The translations under genes and the position numbers were made by a program. A model generated the notes under the pieces. The model had not been told where the DNA came from. It ran no database searches and was given only the letters and a program-made list of their open reading frames with translations. DNA of 64,000 nucleotides from an uncultured Oscillospiraceae bacterium. Lineage in GTDB: Bacteria; Bacillota; Clostridia; Oscillospirales; Oscillospiraceae. The DNA lies in NCBI GenBank assembly GCA_944385475.1, contig CALWXJ010000003.1, positions 290 to 64,289 on the forward strand, written 5' to 3'. Below, piece by piece: positions 56,844 through 64,000 of the stretch (position 1 is the stretch's first letter; every line of letters begins with the position of its first letter).

Positions 56844-58796
56844 TTACTGTTCCTCCTTAATTACATCTACATATTTTGTTTGAATGGACAAAGGTTGATA
56901 AGGCCGTCCGCCTTCTTGATAAAACCGGTTGAAAAACTCCAGGCACTGCAGACGCAGATCGTGGACATAGCAGCCCAACAGGTTCAGCGCCAGGTTCAGC
57001 GCGTTTCCGATCATGGAGATGATTACAAACAAGATCACGTTGCCAAACGTGGCCCCCAGCGTGTTGAACACCGAGGCGATCACGCTGCCGGAGAGCATCA
57101 GGGCCATCAGCCGGACATAGGACAGCGCATCGCTGAAAAACCCTGTAACACCGTTATACACAAGGCCCACCAGCTTCGTCAGCTTGCCAAAGCCCTTGGC
57201 TTCCCGGGTACCGCCGAACACCAGCATCAAACCGCCGATCACCAGCACCACCGGCACACCGGCCACCGTGCCGATGCCGAAAATCGCAAGGGCGATGCCC
57301 CCCAGGATAATCCACCATGTGATCTCATCGAACAGCGCATCAATGAAATTGCCGGTCTGGATCTTCCTGACGATACTCACCGTCATACCGGTGAAGATCT
57401 GCACGCAGCCCAAAACGATGGAGCCCAACATGATGGCCACTGTATCGTTCAGAGGCGTAAACAGCGCCGGCATCTCAAAAGTGCTGGCAGGATTAATGAC
57501 CTTGAGCAGCTGGGGAATAAAGTCTCCGAAAAAGCCGCCGCTCATGGCGCCCACGATCAAAGTGCTGATACCGCACCAGAAAACCAGCTCCATGAAATTG
57601 CGGGTCCCCTCCTGGGGCTTCTTCCGCAGGACGAACAGTGCCCCCAGGATCATCAAGATCCCATAGGCCATATCCGCCATCATGATCCCAAAGAACAAGA
57701 TGAAAAACGGCGCCATCAAGGGGTTGGGATCCACCGTGCCGTACGCGGGGAGAGAGTACATCTCCGTCACCACGTTCATGCAGCGGCTGAAGAAACTGTT
57801 CTTTAGCTTCACCGGCACACTGGGATACTCCTCTTCCGTGGGATCGGAAGCCTCCCATGCACAACCATTTTCCCGCAGGATCTTTTCCGCCTGGGCCAGG
57901 TTCTCTGCAGGGACCCATCCTTCAAAGAGGACGATCTGCCCGTCCGTCAGCAGACGGCCGGCATTGGTCTCCTTGGCAGCCTCGGCGTTCAGCCGGTCGG
58001 CATAGGCCCGAAGGGCATCCCGGTCACCGGCACTTTTCACGATGGCGGCGGTGGCCGCCTCCTGACGGCTGCGGTTTTCCTGAAGCTGCTTTGTCAGCTG
58101 GCGTATATTCTCCTCTGCCGTTCCATGCATTCCCTGGAATGTGGTGGCACTGAATCCATAGGTGGAAAGCACCTGTTGGACAGCCTCTTCATCATCCCGG
58201 TGGAAAATGACCAGGCAGTATCTCTGGAGCTTATCCGCGCTGATCTCATAAAATTCCGCCGCCGCGCCGGAGGCGGACAAGTCTGTTTTGACGGCGCCCA
58301 CATCCACGCCGGAGGGGCAAACGCCCATGCGAAACACAACATGGCTGCTGCCCTCCAGCTCCAACGGCATGTCCAACCCCTGCCAGGGCTGCAACCCCGC
58401 CATTTTGGATGTGAGGCGATTTTCCTCTCCCTGCAGGCGGGCGATCTCCTCCAGAGCCTGACCCACCCGGCGACTGGCCTCCTGGGCCTTTTCCACCATC
58501 CGGGAGCCCAAAAACTCTTTTTCGGAAATGGGATGGCGCTGCAAAAACATGCCGTCTTTCAATTGCGCATAATGCTTGATGGCGTTCAGCGCCGTATTGA
58601 CATCTGTGATTTCGCTTTTTGTCTCCGTCAGTCGAGAGGATTCCCGCGTGAACAATGCCGCCCACTTCGGATCATCCAATCGCGCGTCCGGCTCACTGAT
58701 CTCCACACAGCCGGAAAGCAGCAGGTCCTCCAAAAGGTCCTCCCGACAACTCGCCATTGCGATGACACGGAGCTTTTTCATTTTTACAATGGCCAT
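56844..58796 (-). CDS. ntpI: V/A-type ATPase subunit I
   Basis: MAIVKMKK, YSLP..VDP, SYVRLMAL (essential Arg), HDLRLQCLEFF. Confidence 0.96.
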   Translation of the reverse strand: MAIVKMKKLRVIAMASCREDLLEDLLLSGCVEISEPDARLDDPKWAALFTRESSRLTETKSEITDVNTALNAIKHYAQLKDGMFLQRHPISEKEFLGSRMVEKAQEASRRVGQALEEIARLQGEENRLTSKMAGLQPWQGLDMPLELEGSSHVVFRMGVCPSGVDVGAVKTDLSASGAAAEFYEISADKLQRYCLVIFHRDDEEAVQQVLSTYGFSATTFQGMHGTAEENIRQLTKQLQENRSRQEAATAAIVKSAGDRDALRAYADRLNAEAAKETNAGRLLTDGQIVLFEGWVPAENLAQAEKILRENGCAWEASDPTEEEYPSVPVKLKNSFFSRCMNVVTEMYSLPAYGTVDPNPLMAPFFILFFGIMMADMAYGILMILGALFVLRKKPQEGTRNFMELVFWCGISTLIVGAMSGGFFGDFIPQLLKVINPASTFEMPALFTPLNDTVAIMLGSIVLGCVQIFTGMTVSIVRKIQTGNFIDALFDEITWWIILGGIALAIFGIGTVAGVPVVLVIGGLMLVFGGTREAKGFGKLTKLVGLVYNGVTGFFSDALSYVRLMALMLSGSVIASVFNTLGATFGNVILFVIISMIGNALNLALNLLGCYVHDLRLQCLEFFNRFYQEGGRPYQPLSIQTKYVDVIKEEQ

Positions 58797-58797
58797 C

Positions 58798-59112
58798 TCA
58801 GTGATTCACGATCCTTCCGACGATAAACTCCGCGGCCTCATCCAGCCGCCGGGCAGCTTTTTCCCGCTGGGCGGCGCACTCTGCCTGTGCTGCCTTCTGA
58901 ACTTCTTCAACCTGCCGCTGCGCTCTTTGCTCCGCCTGCTGCAGCAGCTCTCTGCCGGATTGCGCCGCATCGTCCCGCGCCTGCTGGACCAACGCCACGC
59001 CGGCCCGCTCTGCGTCTGCCGTGATTCGCCGGGCCTCCGCCTCCGCAGCACTCTTGCGCTCTTGATTGCTGCTTTCCGTCTGCAAGACCTTTTCGATTCC
59101 TTCCAAAGACAT
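58798..59112 (-). CDS. V/A-type ATPase peripheral stalk subunit G/H
   Basis: 104-aa Ala/Glu/Gln coiled coil, first gene of the operon. Confidence 0.85.
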   Translation of the reverse strand: MSLEGIEKVLQTESSNQERKSAAEAEARRITADAERAGVALVQQARDDAAQSGRELLQQAEQRAQRQVEEVQKAAQAECAAQREKAARRLDEAAEFIVGRIVNH

Positions 59113-59252
59113 CCGATCTCACCTTCTCTCCTTTTCCCAGATTCAGAGGGTTTCAGGCGTTTTTCCATCCTTTGCAGGTGTTTTAAACGCAAAAATCCGC
59201 CGCCTGAGAACCACCACATTTTGTGTAATGCCGAATGTTATCCGCAATTTAA

Positions 59253-59282
59253 AGTATAGGTCAATAAATGCCCCATTTGCAA
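59253..59282 (-). promoter_or_regulatory. sigmaA promoter of the V-ATPase operon
   Basis: TTGCAA-N18-TATACT on the minus strand. Confidence 0.6.
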
Positions 59283-59496
59283 GGGAATTTTGCCAGAAAC
59301 AGGGCATTTCTTCCTTTTGCACAAAAAAGTGCCGCGAATTCTCTATCCCAGCTAATTGCAGGTTTTCAGAGGGAATTATCGCATTTTGTTTGAACTTTAA
59401 CAATCTCACTCCTCTCAATACGCCCCCCGTTCTATCCTGGTCCGGGCATTATTGTTAAAAACAAAACAGGAACCGGCGATGCCGATTCCTGTCTTA

Positions 59497-60114
59497 TTAA
59501 CTCTCTTCTTTTTTCCCCATACGGGAGAGCAGCGCTGCCAACTCCTCCATTTCCCCGGAGGAGGGGTCCATTGCCCTGGGCAGCTGGGAGAGATTTACCT
59601 CCACTTTCCGCAGCTCTCCGTTGACATAATTTGCGGTGGAGGTAAAGGTGGCCATCAGGGATGTATATTGGGTGCGGAAGCGTTCCAGGGTGCGGCTCAT
59701 CTGTTCCACGGTGCGCTCTTCGATCTCAGCCGCCCGTTTGCGGGCGTCGCACTCAATGTTGCCCACCCGTTCCCGCAGGTGCTCATATGCCTGAGCGTCA
59801 GGCCGCAGAGAGGCCACCTCCTGGCGCAGGCTCTTCACTTCCTCTTCCAGGGGCTCCAGCGCCACCCGGCGGCTTTTCTCCTGCTCCAGTTCCTGCTGCA
59901 GGGCGTCCCGGGCCACAGAGAGCTCCCCGGCCTGTCCCCGCAGGTCAGTGGCCTCTTCCTGCAGGGCGGCCAACTGCTTTTTCAGGTCCTCAACTTCCTC
60001 CTGCAATTCCTTTTGGACGGAAGCGGCTTTCCGCGCTGCTTCTTCAATATACCGGACCACGTCCTCCTTATCAAAACCGCCGAAGGCAACGCTTTTAATG
60101 GCATACTGATCCAT
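59497..60114 (-). CDS. DivIVA-domain-like coiled-coil protein
   Basis: N-terminal FGGFDKEDVVRYIE resembles the DivIVA/GpsB membrane-binding motif; the rest is coiled coil. Confidence 0.7.
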   Translation of the reverse strand: MDQYAIKSVAFGGFDKEDVVRYIEEAARKAASVQKELQEEVEDLKKQLAALQEEATDLRGQAGELSVARDALQQELEQEKSRRVALEPLEEEVKSLRQEVASLRPDAQAYEHLRERVGNIECDARKRAAEIEERTVEQMSRTLERFRTQYTSLMATFTSTANYVNGELRKVEVNLSQLPRAMDPSSGEMEELAALLSRMGKKEES

Positions 60115-60293
60115 GGACTCACCGCTTTCTTATAATCTGGAAGGTAGTATACCAAAATGCGACTGCTTTTACAAGTGCCTGTCTGCGGCCTTCAAAAAAA
60201 AGTGCAAAATTATGAAAAAAGGCTTGCTTTTTCAAATTAGTTGTGATAAGCTAATTAAGCTGTTTGATGGTGCTGAAAAGCAGTGTCTGGCAT

Positions 60294-60370
60294 GCGCCGT
60301 TAGCTCAGCTGGATAGAGCGTCTGGCTACGGACCAGAAGGCCGGGGGTTCGAATCCCTCACGGCGTACCA
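60294..60370 (+). tRNA. tRNA-Arg(ACG)
   Basis: GCGCCGT acceptor stem, D arm, TCTGG-CTACGGA-CCAGA anticodon arm, GGTTCGAATCC T loop, encoded CCA; terminator at 60371-60405. Confidence 0.97.
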
Positions 60371-60451
60371 AGAAGACCGGAAGCTTTTGTTTCCGGTCTT
60401 CTTGTTTTATGTCTTTTTCCTTGAACTTACGATTTGAAAAGGGGCGGTTTT

Positions 60452-61579
60452 ATGAGGGGTCTTCTCTCCAGGCTCTCTACCTTCTGCCGGAGAGAGGCGG
60501 TATTGTCCATCGCCTTTTTATGCGCGGTGGCATCCATGTTTGCGGTGCCGCCGGATATCGCTTACGCCGGGTACATCGATCTGCGGGTGCTGTGCCTTTT
60601 GTTTTGTTTGATGGCCGTGGTGACGGGACTGCAGCAGTGCGGGCTGTTCTCCGTTCTGGCACAGTATCTGCTCAGCGGAAGAAAACAGCTGCGTCTTTTG
60701 TTCCTCCTCTTGGTGCTCCTGCCCTTTTTCACCTCCATGCTGGTGACCAATGATGTCTCGCTTTTGACCTTTGTCCCCTTTTCTATCTTGGTATTAAGCC
60801 GCATTGGCTGCACCGATGCTCTGATCCGGATCGTGGTCCTGCAGACCCTGGCGGCAAATCTTGGCAGTATGGCAACGCCGGTGGGAAATCCCCAAAATCT
60901 CTTTTTGTGTTCCTACTACGATCTGCCCATGGGCTCGTTTCTCCTGGTGGTGCTCCCCATCGCTCTGATCAGCCTCCTGGCGCTCTCCGCCGCCTCATTG
61001 GCCACAAAGAGCCGTACCATCGAGATCCTCTTCCCTGCGCGAGAGCACATCACCTCCCCGCGCCTATTTGGCCTTTTGTGTGTCCTCTTTGTATTGTGCC
61101 TGCTCTCCGTGGCCCACATCCTTCCTTATGGGATCCTCACGGGGATCGTCATCCTCGCCTTGGCGTTTTGTGCTCCCGGTCTTTTCCGGCAAGTGGATTA
61201 CGCTCTTCTGGCCACCTTTGTCTGCTTTTTCGTCTTCTCCGGAAATCTTGGCCGCATAGAGTGGGTACGCCGGACGCTGGAGCAGCTGATGGACTCCAGC
61301 ACCTACTGGACCAGCCTTCTGACCAGCCAGGTGATCAGCAATGTGCCTGCAGCCGTTCTCCTCAGCGGTTTCACAGAAAACTGGAGATCTCTTCTCGCCG
61401 GCGTCAACGTGGGAGGGCTGGGCACCCCCATCGCCTCCCTTGCCAGCCTCATCTCCATGAAGCTCTATCTCCGCACAGAGCATGCCACACCAGGCCGGTA
61501 CCTGCTGGTCTTCACCGGGGCGAATCTGGCGGGGCTTGCGATCCTCTCCGTTCTCACGGCCCTGATGGGTCTTTGGTGA
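60452..61579 (+). CDS. Ion transporter superfamily permease (CitMHS/ArsB/NhaD-like)
   Basis: SMLVTND, AANLGSMATPVGNPQN, SQVISNVPA, GGLGTPIASLAS; about 11 TM helices. Confidence 0.88.
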   Translation: MRGLLSRLSTFCRREAVLSIAFLCAVASMFAVPPDIAYAGYIDLRVLCLLFCLMAVVTGLQQCGLFSVLAQYLLSGRKQLRLLFLLLVLLPFFTSMLVTNDVSLLTFVPFSILVLSRIGCTDALIRIVVLQTLAANLGSMATPVGNPQNLFLCSYYDLPMGSFLLVVLPIALISLLALSAASLATKSRTIEILFPAREHITSPRLFGLLCVLFVLCLLSVAHILPYGILTGIVILALAFCAPGLFRQVDYALLATFVCFFVFSGNLGRIEWVRRTLEQLMDSSTYWTSLLTSQVISNVPAAVLLSGFTENWRSLLAGVNVGGLGTPIASLASLISMKLYLRTEHATPGRYLLVFTGANLAGLAILSVLTALMGLW

Positions 61580-61646
61580 GAGGCTTTGGGGTCTGCTCCC
61601 GCGAAAAGCTCCGGGAAATTTTCCTGCTCCAGAAAATCCCTTCTTA

Positions 61647-61682
61647 AAAAGCGCCTGCGCAAAATTGCGCAGGCGCTTTTTG
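61647..61682. terminator. Bidirectional terminator
   Basis: AAAAAGCGCCTGCGCAA-AA-TTGCGCAGGCGCTTTTT. Confidence 0.85.
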
Positions 61683-61712
61683 CCGGCAGGGCATTCCTTC
61701 CCTGCCTCTTTT

Positions 61713-62348
61713 TTATCTTTCCGGGCAGGGATCCGGAAGGATCACCTCTCCCGCCGCTGTCAGATGGATTGCTCCGGCGGACAGCTCTGTGACTCTGGCG
61801 GAGAAAGCCTCTGCATCAGGGGGCAAAAAGGCGGCCCGAACCGTAACGGCCTCACCGTACTCCACATCCCGGATCATGCCGCCGCAAGCGGCCACTTCCA
61901 GCTTCACCCGTTCAAAAAGCGGATAGCTGCAGGGGATATCCCACAGTGTCCAGCGGCGCATCCGGGCAATTCCGGAGGCATTGAGCACGTCTTTGGCGCC
62001 CCGGGCATAGGCCCGGGTCAAACCGCCAGCCCCCAATAGGATCCCCCCGAAATACCGGGTCACCACGCAGCACGCATCTGTGACCCCCTCCCGCTGGAGG
62101 ACCCCTAACATGGGCTGCCCCGCGGTGCCCTGGGGCTCTCCGTCATCACTGTAGCGCACCACCCCGCTTTGCCGCAGCAAATAGCACCAGCAGTTATGCC
62201 GGGCATCATAATAGCGCTTTTTGAGCTGCTCGATCCATCTCCGGGCCTCCTCTTCTGTCTCTACCCGGCAGATATGGCTGATAAAACGGGAACGCTTTTC
62301 CGTAAATTCGCTCTCCGCCTCTTTCAGCGGCACCAGATACCCGTCCAT
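61713..62348 (-). CDS. yigZ: YigZ/IMPACT family protein
   Basis: EKRSRFI, ARHNCW, SDDGEPQGTAG, VTRYFGGILLGAGGL. Confidence 0.95.
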   Translation of the reverse strand: MDGYLVPLKEAESEFTEKRSRFISHICRVETEEEARRWIEQLKKRYYDARHNCWCYLLRQSGVVRYSDDGEPQGTAGQPMLGVLQREGVTDACCVVTRYFGGILLGAGGLTRAYARGAKDVLNASGIARMRRWTLWDIPCSYPLFERVKLEVAACGGMIRDVEYGEAVTVRAAFLPPDAEAFSARVTELSAGAIHLTAAGEVILPDPCPER

Positions 62349-62463
62349 GTTTTCTCTCTCCTCTGCACCTTTTTTGCAGTCTGCGTGCGATATGCCCGGA
62401 CATCGGCTTTTTCCAGGCGGTTTACCTATAAAGTAAATTTGCAATACATATCTTGGAAAACAT

Positions 62464-63762
62464 TTATTCCCAATCTTCTTTGGGCTCTACCCAGCCTTCC
62501 ACATACGCTTTCATCTGCCCCAGTGTCCGAGGGCCGCACACCGCCACCACATCGATGGTCTGGCCATATTCCACCGTCTCCACCCGGGCCTCCCGATAGA
62601 GTACATCCAGCAAAGCTGCTTTATCATAAGGCAAGTGCAGCACGCAGCGGCGGGTACCCTTGTCCAGCTGCCGGTCGATCATCTCCAGTAAGCGTTCAAC
62701 CCCCTCGCCGGTACGGGCAGAGATGGAGCAGATCTGCCGGCCGTGGGGCATGATCTCCCCCGCGGGCACCCGGTCGCATTTGTTGAACACATCGATCCGG
62801 GGCAGGTCTCCGGCTCCCAATTCGCCGATCAGACGCTCCACCACCTGGGCCTGCTGCTGCCACTCGGGGTTGGAGACGTCGATGACATGGAGCAGGAGGT
62901 CTGCGTATTCCAGCTCTTCCAGGGTGGCTTTAAAGGCCTCCACCAGCTGGTGGGGCAGCTTCCGGATGAACCCCACCGTATCCGAGATCACCACATCCAG
63001 CGTATCGCTGACGTGCAGCAGGCGGCTGGTGGTATCCAATGTGTCAAACAATCGGTCATTGGCGGAGATCCCCGCCCCTGTCAGGCGGTTTAAAAGGGTG
63101 GATTTTCCCGCGTTGGTATAGCCCACGATGGCCACTACGGGGATCTCATTCTTCCTGCGCTGCTGGCGCTGCGTCCCCCGGACCCGGCGCACCTCCTTCA
63201 AGTCCGCCCGCAGCTTGTCGATCTTACGGTGGATATGGCGGCGGTCCGTCTCCAGCTGGGTCTCACCGGGACCCTTGGAGCCAATGGGGCCCTTGCCGCT
63301 GGTGCCTGCCTGGCGCTCCAGATGCGTCCACATACCTGTCAGACGAGGCAGCAGATACTGGTACTGAGCCAGTTCCACCTGCAGACGCCCCTCCCTGGTC
63401 TGGGCCCGCTGGGCGAAAATATCCAGGATCAGGCCGCAGCGGTCCAGAACCTGCACCTTTAAAAGGTCCGTCAGCACCCGCATCTGAGAGGGGGAGAGGT
63501 CGTTGTCAAAAATGACCATGGTGGCCTCGTTGTTGCGGCAGCAGGCCAGGACCTCCTCCACCTTTCCCTCTCCAATAAACGTCCGGGGATCCGGGGAGGC
63601 TCTGTTTTGCAGGACGATGCCCACCGTTTCCCCTCCGGCGGTCTCCACCAGGGCGCTCAGTTCCTCCAGTGTCTCCTCGTCGGCATTCTCCTCTTTTTTC
63701 AGTACCGGAGAGTTCAGGCCCACCAGCACCACACGATCGCGAATTTCCTTTGTCTCTTGCAT
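62464..63762 (-). CDS. hflX: Ribosome-splitting GTPase HflX
   Basis: ILDIFAQRA, GPGETQLETDRR, GYTNAGKST, DTVGF, NKCD. Confidence 0.98.
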   Translation of the reverse strand: MQETKEIRDRVVLVGLNSPVLKKEENADEETLEELSALVETAGGETVGIVLQNRASPDPRTFIGEGKVEEVLACCRNNEATMVIFDNDLSPSQMRVLTDLLKVQVLDRCGLILDIFAQRAQTREGRLQVELAQYQYLLPRLTGMWTHLERQAGTSGKGPIGSKGPGETQLETDRRHIHRKIDKLRADLKEVRRVRGTQRQQRRKNEIPVVAIVGYTNAGKSTLLNRLTGAGISANDRLFDTLDTTSRLLHVSDTLDVVISDTVGFIRKLPHQLVEAFKATLEELEYADLLLHVIDVSNPEWQQQAQVVERLIGELGAGDLPRIDVFNKCDRVPAGEIMPHGRQICSISARTGEGVERLLEMIDRQLDKGTRRCVLHLPYDKAALLDVLYREARVETVEYGQTIDVVAVCGPRTLGQMKAYVEGWVEPKEDWE

Positions 63763-63880
63763 GTTTGCTCCTCTCGCTCAGATAAAGCTGTCCCATTCTC
63801 AGATGGATATAGGATACTCACCCAGCGGAAAAAATAAAGAAAGAAAAAGGGTCTGCCTCAGCAGACCCTTTCGCAGCAAC

Positions 63881-64000
63881 TTACTTGTCCAAACCGAACT
63901 TCTTGTTGAACTTGGCAACGCGGCCGCCGGTATCCACCAGCTTCTGCTTGCCCGTGAAGAAGGGGTGACACTTCGAGCAGACTTCCACCTTGATATCCTT
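63881..64000 (-). CDS. rpmE: 50S ribosomal protein L31, C-terminal part (Zn-binding type)
   Basis: Hand translation [39 protein letters not shown]; terminator at 63846-63872. Confidence 0.95.
   Translation of the reverse strand, partial: KDIKVEVCSKCHPFFTGKQKLVDTGGRVAKFNKKFGLDK

Noticed and set aside
60294-60450. tRNA-Arg as a possible integration site
   Set aside because: No integrase, no duplicated tRNA 3' end seen, and the flanking genes are ordinary
63763-63880. HflXr-type antibiotic attenuator upstream of hflX
   Set aside because: Short leader with no convincing uORF or alternative terminator; looks like housekeeping hflX

Overview
Core-chromosome segment of a high-GC, spore-forming clostridial Firmicute. 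Gene content and protein style suggest Oscillospiraceae (Oscillibacter/Dysosmobacter-like), which is an inference. It holds about 65 CDS: rluB-dacB-ytfJ-ytfI-scpB-scpA-M50, tsf-rpsB, the sporulation loci sigG, spoIIAA-AB-sigF and spoIIGA-sigE, mltG/U32, tmk/tagA, pcrA, blaI plus a 1318-aa M56 sensor-protease, an IlvD-like dehydratase, an MBOAT-DHHW-lipoprotein acylation operon, a TIGR03916/TIGR03915-type radical-SAM repair pair, valS with a Val T-box, rarA, nth, tagO-mnaA, trpS, gltX, asnA, fprA, a complete Na+-type V/A-ATPase operon, hflX and part of rpmE. There is one tRNA-Arg(ACG). I saw no transposase, integrase, prophage, CRISPR array or rRNA. The most notable signals were read from the DNA and are not in the ORF track. 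(1) A triple-LexA-box promoter drives an uncalled 40-aa membrane peptide plus the radical-SAM repair pair, and this unit runs 113 bp antisense into sigF with no terminator (a candidate DNA-damage/sporulation link). (2) An orphan BlaI/giant BlaR1-like sensor has a non-beta-lactam ectodomain and a small partner gene. (3) An uncalled 44-aa, 10-Cys peptide. (4) An ECF-type promoter on the acylation operon. (5) Identical Spo0A-like-box/-10 geometry at spoIIA and spoIIG. Family names come from motif recognition, not from database searches.
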